Assembly: GCA_964016885.1 (NCBI GenBank)
Contig: OZ024745.1
Coordinates: forward strand, 132,122,001 to 132,186,000
Length of the DNA stretch: 64,000 bases
Reading direction: 5' to 3'
Origin: Eledone cirrhosa
Taxonomy: Eukaryota
The first letter of the stretch is position 1, and every line of letters begins with the position of its first letter. The notes beneath the pieces were generated by a model. It searched no databases. It saw only the letters and a list, made by a program, of their open reading frames with translations, and was not told the DNA's origin. Shown here one piece after another: positions 52,956 through 64,000 of this stretch. Position numbers and translations under genes: made by a program.

Positions 52956-53086
52956 GTGAGGTTTTTTTTACAAAATGAAAAATAACCGAGGTGTCCTACA
53001 CGAGTGAAAGTATAAAGAAAAAGAGATGAAATCGAAAATGCAACTGGAGTCTTATTTTTTTAAAAAATATATATATTTATTTGGTT

Positions 53087-53124
53087 CCTTTACCGGTTTC
53101 GCAGTTCTTCTGCTTTTCAAAAGG
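53087..53124 (-). ncRNA. Minimal type I hammerhead ribozyme, U3-A8 variant, palindromic helix III
   Basis: Minus strand cctt-TTGAAAA-gcag aagaa ctgc-GAAA-ccgg-TA-aagg, followed by aaccaAATAAA. Confidence 0.7.
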
Positions 53125-53444
53125 TGAGTTGAGATGGAGGGTCTGTGGTTTTTCTCACATCTGGTTGGTCTCTGAATGTTACTTGTTTTATATGGAAAAA
53201 GTGGCTCAAAATGCCAGGTTTTTCGAGAAGTAATTTGATTGGTTTGTCAATAATTATAATAAATTTCGCGCCAGTTCGCATTACAATAGTTATTCAAATA
53301 AGAGAGAGGGGGGGGGGGGGTTGTCACAGGTTGTTTTTTCATATATGAGTGTTTGAATTTCTTTTTACTTGAAAAAAGGAGGCTCACGAAAAAATAACAG
53401 ATTAAAGTTTAAGCAAAAAATCGCTGCTTTCACTCTTAACGGGA

Positions 53445-53733
53445 TCTTATATATTTGATATATATTTATCCTTATCGAGCCCTCTTTGGATTTCAGTCTT
53501 CAAATTTATTATTATTACTATATATATATATATATATATGAACAGATATGATATAAGATATATATATATATATAAACAAGTATGGTATAATATATATATA
53601 AAGTATGGTATAATATATATATAAAGAGATATGATGTAAGATATATATATATATATATAGTAATAATAATAAATTTGAAGACTAAATTCCAAAGAGGGCT
53701 CGATAAGGATAAATATATATCAAATATATAAGA
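53445..53733. repeat. Near-perfect inverted repeat, about 75-bp unique arms plus (TA)n
   Basis: tcttatatatttgatatatatttatccttatcgagccctctttgg...ttacta mirrored at about 53658-53733. Confidence 0.97.
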
Positions 53734-56044
53734 ATCAAACAGATACAACAATCATTTGCTCTAAGACAGTTTCTTTTAACGTTTTTTATACATTCCTATT
53801 CAGACCTAATTTATATCATAATAAGAGCACTGTCTGTTTGTTCATCCCTCAGTTTGTCATGCTCCCTTTCTATAGAGAGGGGAAACACCATAGAGAGAGA
53901 AAACGGAACACCAGTTGTTTAGAGAGAGAGAGTGTGACAGAAAGAAGGAGAAGACATCACCCTCATTTAGTGATAAGGATTTTGTCATTGTTGCTGTTGA
54001 TGATGATGATGATGACGTGTTTCATTAAAGTATTGATAACAGCTACAACCATACATATCTACTAGGTATTGGGGGTACAAAATGAAGTTTCATTAATCAA
54101 CAAGATTTCAACCAGGAACAAAAATCAATTGTGGTTGATATTTATCTAAAGTTGTGTTGTACATTTTAAGAAAGTGAACATTCATTAAAAAGCATCTCTC
54201 CCAATAGCTTTCAGGAATGAATAAGGTGCTTTAGAAATAACAGACTAACTTTTCCTTACTTTTATATACAATCACCACAAATGGTTATCTCACTGGAGAC
54301 AATGAAGAATGCATATTTTCTGATAGCCAGCTGACTTCATTTTCTCTTTCACTCAAATGTTGCTCAAATATTAAATCAGTTCTTTATTGCAAGAACATTG
54401 GAACATAAACTAAGGCTATATACATATGTGGATGGGGAGAAACTTAAACAAAAGCATTATCTTATTCTATTATACTTTAGTATAGCTATTAAAGCCCCTG
54501 GTGCATCTCTTCTGAGCAGAAATATCCAAGCAAATTGTGTTCTGTAATGCAAGTGTATTATCTCCACTGTTAAATATAAAGGCAGACAGGTAAATGAATA
54601 TGAGTCATTGTAAGTGAATCCAGAAATATTTTTATCTGCAGACATAATAGCTACAATTAACACAACTTTCAGAAGAATGGATCTTCACAATGTATTTATG
54701 GAGACTTGAAGGATGACAACAGTGACTGGACAATGATAGTTCTTTACACAGAGAATAGATTAAATCCTTTAAAGGAAATATGGTAAACTGTTATTCTGTG
54801 TGCTCCTGGGTTATGTATGATAATCAAATATAAATACTTTAGTATTGAATTCATTTCTTGCCTATTGATGTGCTCACCAGAGTTTATATCATTTGCATAT
54901 ACACACACACATATATATATATATGCACACATATATATGCACACATGCAGATAGAAACACAGGCAAGTATATATATATGTAGCGTGCCAGTGTATGTGTC
55001 TGTATTTCTGTTAATATATTCATGTTGGTGCCTGTATGCATCTATTCATGTCTGCTTGCCAATATGTTTCACACTCACACCACAACAACACATACAGATA
55101 TAGATATTGGACAATTTGGCAGAATTGTTAGAACATTGGAAATTTCTTCTGGCTCTCTGCACTCTGAGTTCAAGTCCCACCAAGGTTGTTTACTTTGCCT
55201 TTCATCCTTTCAGCCCTGACAAAAAACGTACCCGCTCAGTATTGGTGTAGATCTTTCTCCATCCAGTTGTCACATCCTGGATGCTATTCTGGCTTAAGAG
55301 AGAGAAGGTCAGTAGGGTGTCTGTATCTACGTGTGACTACACAGGAACTTATGGTTTTGAGATGTGGGCCTGTATTTTTTAATACAGCTGTCATAATCCA
55401 TATCTATAACATACACATACCACTACATCGTATTTCTCTTATATCTAGATCTTTCTCTGAGATCATTAAAGCACACTAACATTACACATCCACTACAGCA
55501 TTCTTCAGGCATTTGTTTCTAGTTTTGCAAGCATTCTGTATTAAAGGTTTCATTTACCTCACAAGTCACATCTCCAGTTAATATAAGTTTCATACACTAA
55601 TATTGAAACATGAAATTAATGAATGCCAAAACAAATCATGTATATTAAAACTAATGAAATATTTTGTGAAATGTAAGAGAAGAGAAACGAGTTTGGGTTT
55701 ACTCTACTTATATATGTTATATTGTAACAGTATTTATTATATCTGTTGTCAAGATTGCCTAGAAAAACAATCATAGAATTTTTTTCTAATAAAGAATGCC
55801 AGGAAGGAAAACACTTCAAAGGAATTATCTGGATCGGACAAAAGAGGAAAGAGGTTACAAATCAAGAAAATAAATTGCTAAAATTTCAAAGATTAGATGC
55901 CTACTTTTCATTTAGCAGACAATTTTCCAAAGGACAAAGATAAAGTAAAACTATATATGATCATTGATATACATAGGATATATAACACACCCACACCTGT
56001 TTTGTGAAACACATATAACACCTGATCTAGTATGTGCTCTTCTT

Positions 56045-56720
56045 GAGGTAGGAACTTGTCAGCCAGGTGTTAAAGATTATTTTGACAGTTTTCCAGAGAT
56101 TAAGCTGGATGTCATTTCAGTGTAACTTGGCATAAGAAACCAGTTAAAAATGGCTGGGAAATGGGTAAGCACTGGTTTGGTTATTCACCAAGGACAAACT
56201 TCATATGTTGTTTTACTTGTTGGTTTCTTGCAAACGGGGTCAGATGGCTGGAATAATCACCCAACTGGTAGCAAGACTTTTGTTAAAGGTACACTACCAC
56301 TGACAGCAGTAAAATCTATTAATTCTCTTTATCCTTGTGATATGTAGCAGTAAATGATGATACAGTGGAACTATTTCTGTGATCCAGCAAATTACCTAGA
56401 GCAAAGATTGAAGAGTTTTTCCATATTCTTCTTCCAGCAATCAAAACCTTAAAGCTGTTAATAACTATATACTATAGTCAGTGTTATGATGGAACAAGTA
56501 CCAAATCAGGCTGAAATATCTGGTCTCTGATTACGGAAGATGCTCCAAATGTACTCATTACACATGGCTATACACATAATTTAAATTTGATTCTAATTGA
56601 TGCGTCAGCTCTAATATTCAAAACAGGTTGATTTTGTACTTCTAGAAAGAATCTATACAGTTTTACTGACAGTTTACCCAACCTTTCAGTATTAAAAGTA
56701 AAACAATACAATCAGGTCTA
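56045..56720 (+). mobile_element. hAT (ZMYM1-like) transposase relic
   Basis: TTF-type finger HFSVTWHKKPVKNG...WFGYSPRTNFICCFTCWF, and catalytic-region QCYDGTSTKSG...APNVLITHGYTHNLNLILIDA. Confidence 0.7.
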
Positions 56721-56814
56721 ATCCTTTGCACTGACTCTACAGATGATAATACATGAGTATCGAGAAAGTCAGCAGAAGTAGAGGCAGTCTTATTTGCACT
56801 GGTAGTTAATCTAT

Positions 56815-57060
56815 GGAGGACTTATGATAATAATGTCAGGAGTTCAATTTCTGGGTTATGTGTTGTGTTCTTGAGCAAAATACTTCATTTTCTGTTGCTC
56901 TAGTATACTCAGCTGAAAATGAGTACCAGCAATAGTTGGGCGTTTAATCCTGTAAGGGACTGGCATCCTGACCGGGGGGAAGTCTTGTACCCTCAGTTGC
57001 TTCATGCCATGATACCGGGAAAATACCTCCTGGCTTGAGAGAGTCTTTAGACTTAGACTT
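56815..57060 (+). mobile_element. SINE family C
   Basis: gagttcaattt B box; body homologous to 14930-15165. Confidence 0.7.
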
Positions 57061-58191
57061 TAGGTAGTTAAATTAGAAAGAAATCTGGATGGTGAGATAA
57101 AAAAAATTCTAATCCTAAGCAGCTTGGCAAATGTTATTCTCAAATACTCAGTTCTTATTCTTAGTTCATATATTCTGCAGAAAATTGTTAGATAAGGTTT
57201 TGAATTTTACACAGTTTTACAGATAAGTGGTGTAAATCTAGTAATGGTTTCTCATTTGATTTAGCTTTCTGAAAACGATATGAAAAATATGTGAAATTAA
57301 TATGAATTCAAACCCTTTTGAACCCTTTTTGGCGTTTCAGGATATGAAATCTTTGTGTGTTCATTCCACACCTCCCAGGACATGTCACAGGCCCATTGCC
57401 AGTTTTTATAGCATGAGAAGAAAACTACAATATATTTTTCAAACAGCTAGTACCTAAGAACTGAAAGAGCCTCTTGTTAGCTGTGTGAAGGACAATGTGG
57501 CATGATTGCCTTTATTGTGTCTTGCAATGTTGGTGGTCTTATTCATGCCAGCCCCAGTTCCCAATCTGGTATATTTCTCAGACCTGAGAAGACCAGACCT
57601 TTTTAGGGGTAGCCTTTACTGATTATGTTGTAGCTATATCACTATGTTGGGAGAGTTTTCTTTTTGTCACCCATTGCTCTATCTCTCCTAGAAGTTTACT
57701 GCTGTGGGTTTAGGGGTGTTTATTCACCTGGCTGGTGCCCAGTCATAATGCAACTAGCCATCATATCTAATGGCCATATCACTATCTGCCTCCTGTGACC
57801 CATTCTCTAGTAGAATCGCTCTGCTGAGAATGGAAAGTGTGTTTAAGGATTCTGCCCCCAGGATCCTCCCAGGAATAAGGGGGCAAAGAAGAAACTGACC
57901 AGTAACAATATACTTAAATACATGAACGCCAATGGTTTGTGTTCCATTTATCCAAACCTGTTCATACCACATTTTTCTGATCTGACCAATGACACAGGGA
58001 GAATGTATAATATCAATGGGTGAAGACATATTGTGTGGGTGTAGGTTAACTTTGATGTCTAATTCAAAGAGGTTTAGCAACTGATATGGATTATAATAAA
58101 GTTATTGATAACTTTGACAGAATGAAGACTAGATAAAAGAGTGTTGTTGTTCTATAATACATTTTTCATTGCTTTGTTTTCATTTTATATT

Positions 58192-58380
58192 TTAACCCTT
58201 TAGCATTTACATTACTCTATATTTACTTTTGTATTTTCATGGTAAACACTTTATTTCACATAATATCGAATTTACAAGATTTTGATATTATTTATTTTGA
58301 GAACAACACTTTAACATCAGTATGAGTGGCTAGTTATGGCTGGTTTGAACAGAAAGAGGTGAGAGAATTCTGGCCAGAAA
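58192..58380 (+). mobile_element. TTAA MITE family 1
   Basis: Begins TTAAccctttagcatt; homologous to 6030-6236. Confidence 0.65.
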
Positions 58381-58495
58381 TGACTGGCCAGACATTTTTT
58401 TTTTAAATCCTGGCTAACATTTTGGAGAACTATCTTGCAATCATTGGTGGCTGTCAAACTGATCTAAAGCTGCAATGTGTTGGTGTATACATAAG

Positions 58496-59172
58496 GAATT
58501 TGGGTGTGTCTGGGGGAGTGATAATGAGGTGTAAAGTGTTTGTCATATTATGATGAAAATAAAAGCAAAGAAATAATAAAATGAATACAAAGAGATAAAT
58601 CAAAATTAAGAGTGGAGTTAGGAGGTGTTGGGGGTGAAGGAGGGGAAGTGATGTTCAGATTTAACCCAAAACATCTTTGGTGATGAAAGAAGATAAAAAT
58701 CAAAGTATAAAATTAAGCTAGTGAATGTTTAATTAGTGTTTAAGTTTTTGTTGAGAGAGCAGCATGTTGTTGTTGGTTTGGAAGGGGTTGTAAAAATGCC
58801 CTCATACATTTCAGGTTTCCTTAAGTGGCCCATGGTGAAGGAATAAGATAAAATATAAAATATAGAATAAAGGGCGAGGAAGAAGATGAAGAAGTTTATA
58901 TACAGAAAATGAATTTGGGTGTGTTTGGGGAAAAGTTAATGAGGTGTAAGATACATATATTTTGATGAAAAGAAAATGAAAACAAAAAGAAAAATAAGAT
59001 GATTAACTGAAGGTGATATTGGGAGGTGTTGGGGTGAGGGAGAAGTGATTTTCAGATTTTCCTAAATGTACTTTGGTGAAGAAATAAGATAAAAATCAAA
59101 ATATAAATCAAAGTTAGTGAATTGAGAGAGAGGTTTGAGGTTTGGAAAAGGTGGTGAAAATGACCTCATACT
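58496..59172. repeat. Old diverged tandem duplication, period about 415 bp
   Basis: gaatttgggtgtgt...ggaggtgttgggg...aagataaaaatcaaa...cctcatac occurs at 58496-58808 and 58911-59171. Confidence 0.85.
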
Positions 59173-59258
59173 TACACATATACATACCTCCCTACATATA
59201 AACATACACACAACCCATATACATATTATCATACACACACACATATACATACATATAT

Positions 59259-59792
59259 CTTAGTCTTAGTCTTAGTTCCTCCAGTCCCTTGTGGAACATT
59301 GGGTGACGAGCTTCCTCCACTTGATCCTGTCACTGGCGGCCCTTCTAGCACCTCTCCGGGTAATTCCCATCTCCCGCAGGTCCTCCCTGTATGTGCTCCG
59401 CCATGTTTTTCGTGGTCTTCCCCGTTCTCATCAGCCACCTTCTGGTACCCAATCCATGGCATATGAGCAGGTCGATCTGCCGGCAAACGAAGGATGTGGC
59501 CTGCGAACCGTCGTCTCCTTTTCCGGACAATGTCCCTTAATCTCTCCAATCCTGACCTCCTCATCACTTCCTCGTTGCTAACTTGGTCTCTCCATGAAAT
59601 TTTCAATATGGTCCGAATGCAACGACGGTGGAATACATCAAGCTTGTTACATACCGGTATGGTCCAGGTGTTCCATCGGCAACGCCGTCAAACTCCGTGT
59701 TTACATGTCCATTGTAGTACCAACAGCGATATATGCCTGTGAGACATGGAAGAGTATGGAAAGTGTATGTAACAAGCTTGATGTATTCCACC
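59259..59792 (-). mobile_element. Young RTE LINE 3' fragment with 5' inversion and (ACTAAG)n tail
   Basis: Minus: [12 protein letters not shown]...RRRFAGHILR...GRPRKTW. Plus 59655-59792: [20 protein letters not shown], the segment normally just upstream. Confidence 0.9.
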
Positions 59793-59869
59793 ACATACAT
59801 ATATATACATATATATATATATATGTGTATGTATATATATGCACACACATATACATACATATATACATT

Positions 59870-59910
<41 letters not shown>

Positions 59911-60128
59911 ACATATATACGTGTATGTATACACACACACACATATATATATATATAATTTAATATAATAAAGAGAGATAAACACAGATATATACATATA
60001 TTTATTCAATTCATAAGGGACCTAAACCGCTAAGGTGAATAAGATACTAACTATGAACAATATGGTTTGCCAGACTCAGTTAAAAGAATAAATTAAGAAA
60101 TAGTCAAACCAAATCGTGATAACTATCA

Positions 60129-60207
60129 ACGTCCAGACAACCTTTGGTAGAACTGTTTCGCAACAAAGTGGAGGGATTTACAAATCCGATTGCTCTTCAG
60201 TGGATGT
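60129..60207 (-). ncRNA. Canonical type I hammerhead ribozyme in a Penelope-like terminal repeat
   Basis: Minus strand acatcca-CTGAAGA-gcaa...ttgc-GAAA-cag...ttg-TC-tggacgt; all core nucleotides and a GUC site are present. Confidence 0.8.
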
Positions 60208-60406
60208 ACAGATTAGTAACCCCTTCACTTCTAGATTTCTTAGAAGACTAAATGAAGTGCGTATTTAAGAGAGAAAAAAATGCACATGACACTCAGTGTC
60301 TAGCGTGTTTCGTTAAACGTAGGTTACTAAAAATAACAGCCAGATTTACTCGACATGTAAAAAGCTCAAGGAAAAAAGTTTTCCGAGCCTTATAATATAA
60401 TTTAAT

Positions 60407-60586
60407 ATAATTGTTTCTACTTTTGGCACAAGACCAGCAATTACCCAGTGTATTACTGGTACTTTATTTTATCGACCCCGTAAGGATGAAAGGCAAAGTT
60501 AACCTTGACGGGATTTGAACTCAGAATGGCAAGGGCTGTAACTCTATGCATCAAAGCATGGCGTCCGACCCTCTACCGATACTGCC
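60407..60586 (-). mobile_element. SINE family A, well preserved
   Basis: Near-identical to 18101-18282. Confidence 0.88.
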
Positions 60587-60594
60587 AGAGAAAT

Positions 60595-60930
60595 TTTACG
60601 TCTGTTTTTCCCTGCTTGCAATGGTGGGACGGGTCCTATTCAGCATCTCTCCACTTGTCACGGTCCTTCGTCATCTCCTCTGTGAACTTCAGTAATATGA
60701 GGTCTGCTCTCACCACCTCCGCCCATGTTTTCGTGGTCTTCCTCTACTGCGTCTTCCTTCTACTGACATTTGTTGGCATTTCTTTACCCAGCGGTTATCC
60801 TCCATGTGCATCACATGTCCATACCATCGCAGTCTTTTCTCCCACACACTACAAATTATCCCTCTTAAACACAGCTTCTCTCTTAACACAGCCATGCTCG
60901 GTCACTCACGCACATTGACATTGCACACGG
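60595..60930 (-). mobile_element. RTE LINE 3' fragment
   Basis: RLRWYGHVMHMEDNRWVKKCQQMSVEGRRSRGRPRK. Confidence 0.85.
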
Positions 60931-61116
60931 GATGTCCTATTTAAGGCATGTCGAGGTCAAATGACCATGTCTTGCTCATACAGACACCTAGAAGACTGCT
61001 TTATAGAGTGGATTGGGACTTTGCATGCTTATTGGGAAGGCAGATCTAGGGGTGGGGTTTTAGGATGCGGGTGTGAAATATACTAGATGTATGCCTCAGC
61101 CCCTGCATCTAGGAAG

Positions 61117-61200
<84 letters not shown>

Positions 61201-61449
61201 ATACACACACACACATATATATAGATATAGATATATCTATCTATCTATCTATATCTATATATAGATATAAAATGAAAAACTCACTGATGTTTGGTTAAAA
61301 ATGCAAGCCTAAAGATGAAGTATTGTGATTTAGAGAAAGATTATACAATTATAGTGTTATTAAATGAGATGTTTCCAGACAAGTTTGACATCTAATTATT
61401 AATTGAAAATATAGCATCAATTAATCATTTAATAATAATTTTTATGAAA

Positions 61450-61650
61450 ATTTTAACTATCTCTGCTTCTCTCAGAAACCATAAAAAATTCAATTTCCTT
61501 ATAGAGTGCAAATGAACAATTTTCAAAGACATTATAGCCACAATGTTGTAGAATGTGTGAACTGATTTCAGACATAATAGCTTGAATGCTTGAATAGGTT
61601 GGAGTTTTAATGTATATAATCATATTGTAAGGAATAGCATGGATCACACA
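61450..61650 (-). mobile_element. Possible hAT dimerization-domain relic
   Basis: FLTI...TYSSIQAIMSEISS...VAIMSL loosely resembles FLTIP..ERSFS.LK.I..LRS..LAIMSIE. Confidence 0.3.
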
Positions 61651-61734
61651 GATAGTGTGGCTCTCTTAAATAGTTGGGAGAGGATGAGATGTTTTTTACA
61701 TCTTGAATAAGACAGGTGACACAAAGATTAATCC

Positions 61735-62310
61735 TCATCTTCATCATCATCATCATCATTAGTATCTTCATCTAACATCCACTTTTTCATGCTAGCATGG
61801 GTTAGACAAGTTTTTCTGTTGTGAGAGGAGTCAGATCAGTGGACTATGTGTTGCTCACACAGAACTGGTTCTGGTTTGGTTACTACAGATGGATTCCCTT
61901 CCAAACACCAGCCATACTTACAGTGTGGGCTGGGAGCCTTTTGTCATGATACCTACACGACCACTTTACAGTGTGGGCTGGGAGCTTTTTGTCATGACAC
62001 CTACACAATCATTTTACAGTGTGGGCTGGGAGCTTTTTGTCATGACACCTACATGACACTTTACAGTGTGGGCTGGGAGCCTTTTGTCATGATACCTACA
62101 CGACCACTTTATAGTGTGGGCTGGGAGCTTTTTGTCATGACACCTACATGACCACTTTACAGTGTGGGCTGGGAGCCTTTTGTCATGACACCTACATGAC
62201 CACTTTACAGTGTGGGCTAGACAACTTTTGTCATGACACCTACATGACCACTTTACAGTGTGGGCTGGGCACTTTTTGTTGTGACGCCTACATGACCATG
62301 CTGCAATGTG
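61735..62310 (-). mobile_element. SINE with internal 48-bp unit amplified about 8 times
   Basis: (cat)n tail and gctagcatgggttagac; unit CCACTTTACAGTGTGGGCTGGGAGC(C/T)TTTTGTCATGACACCTACATGA, present only 2-3 times in the copy at 8620-8720. Confidence 0.85.
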
Positions 62311-63349
62311 GTCTAAAAACTATAAATATATCCCAGACATACTCTTATCAGTGAAAAAGAGGAGATTGTGGAAGGTACTAATGTGCAGAAACCAATTCTG
62401 TTTCATCCAGCTGTTACATTAAAAAATATTTGTTTTTTCTATGTAGCAAAGTAAAAATAACTACCATCACCCACCCCTCCACTCCATGCCAAATGCTAAA
62501 ACTTGGACTTGTCATACACCTTTGACCTACTCTCTAACCCATCCTCTCCCTATATCACCTTTTTGAATCCCACCACACCTGTGATATATCCATAACATTA
62601 TATATGTCATCCTCTGTTACCCATCACATGTTTATCATCCTCCCTATCTCACCCATCCTTTTACCCTATCATATCACCCCTTATAGATTAGAGATGTCTT
62701 TTTCACTTGAATAAATGATAGTGCCTATTTAATGCAGCTATGATAAAATGCACCCAGTACACTCTGTAAAGCGACTGGTTTTGAGAAGGGCTTCCAACCA
62801 TAAAAAGCATGCTAAAAATAGTTGAAAGAACTCTTCAATCACGACACAACAACCTCTATAGAGCAAAGACAATGAAAATTTACAATCTGTAAGGTGGTTG
62901 CTGATAGGACAGGTATCTAGCGGTAAAAACCATGTCAAAAAATGAGATGACAAGATTCTTCAGTTGTATCAAGTCCTTGATGGTCTCTCTCGGGTTGATG
63001 ACACTATAAAACCCACTCTGTAAAGTGGATGTTGATAGGGAAGGCATACAGTCATAAATATCTTGCCAAACAAAGGGCGGAGAAGACTGTTTAGTTGTGT
63101 CAAAGATATGACAAACTCTCTGATGCTGGTACCATGATAACATATAGTCTGTTGAATACAGGAATATATATCAGTGAGATATGGTTCATATTCTGTCTGA
63201 GGTGTCAGTAGCTCAAATTAAATACTGACTTGGTGTGTGACCACATGTCCAACTCAAAACGAATGTTAAATGATGACTAACAATTATATTATGGATATGG
63301 GATTGGTATATTAACATTGTGTTTCTTGTGCAAGTTCTACCCCTGGGTC

Positions 63350-63497
63350 TCCTGCCAGGGGTAGACCCAAGCAAGATGGTTGAATAACATCCATGAGCTT
63401 GGTTGGTTTGGTTTGGGAATCCAGCTGGATCAGTTGCAAATGGTTGCTTCTGACAGGACCCACTAGAAAGACTCTGCCCCCATGGCTGTCTCAGGGA
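63350..63497 (+). mobile_element. RTE LINE extreme 3' fragment
   Basis: Matches 20650-20790. Confidence 0.75.
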
Positions 63498-63524
63498 TAA
63501 TAATACAACAATAATAATAATAAT

Positions 63525-63700
63525 AATATTAAGACCTGCAAATAGAGATTGGAAAAATGTGGAAATTGAGAACTAAAACTGTACCAATGGTGGTCAGTGC
63601 TCTAGGAATGATACCTAAGGGGTCTAATGATTACTTATCCCAAATCCCAGGAAACCCGAATATAGGAGAAATACAAGAAACATTCTGTCAATATAAGTAT
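63525..63700 (+). mobile_element. R4/Dong-type LINE C-terminal fragment next to (TAA)n
   Basis: KDLQIEIGKMWKLRTKTVPMVVSALGMIPKG...IPGNPNIGEIQ. Confidence 0.75.
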
Positions 63701-64000
63701 CTCACAAGTGTAAACACCTAAAGATACATGTGTGTGTGTGTGTTTCTTGAACATGGCGGACCTTGTTGTCTCTTGCGATCACTGGTTGGGACTTGGTGAT
63801 AACTCGTATGAACATAAAGCAAGATAAATGAAATGACAATAATAATAAAGAAGAAGAAGACGAAGAAGAAGAAGAAGAAGAAGAAGACATTGTGTCGTTA
63901 GCATTTTCTTAATGAATTTCAAACAGAAGAGTTTTGCCAGGAAATGTAGTTCTGAGTTTCATTTAGAGCACATTATTTTCTGATTAAGAAGACTAAAGGG

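Noticed and set aside
57350-58080. Decayed LTR-retrotransposon protease/RT on minus strand
   Set aside because: Only vague motifs (ILGAESL); no catalytic DTG or YxDD readable.

Overview
AT-rich, repeat-saturated animal DNA, read as intergenic or intronic; I found no host exon, rRNA, true tRNA gene or CRISPR array. The SINE/MITE repertoire and microsatellite load look like an octopod cephalopod (recognition from memory, not a database result). Almost all listed ORFs are microsatellite read-throughs or pieces of dead transposons: RTE, CR1-group and R4/Dong-type LINEs, mariner and hAT transposases, TTAA MITEs and tRNA-derived SINEs. The best signal is a set of Penelope-type type I hammerhead ribozyme motifs. 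One is fully canonical (60129-60207, minus). Two convergent ones carry a compensatory U3-A8 core (52362-52405 and 53087-53124) next to perfect palindromes. Also notable: RTE ORF ends with tandem C2H2 fingers, an RTE-derived array of AT-hook-like RGRPRK motifs, a twin-priming-type RTE inversion, and two adjacent minisatellites sharing a reverse-complementary 10-mer inside a pair of direct repeats. Boundaries of decayed elements are approximate (tens of bp).
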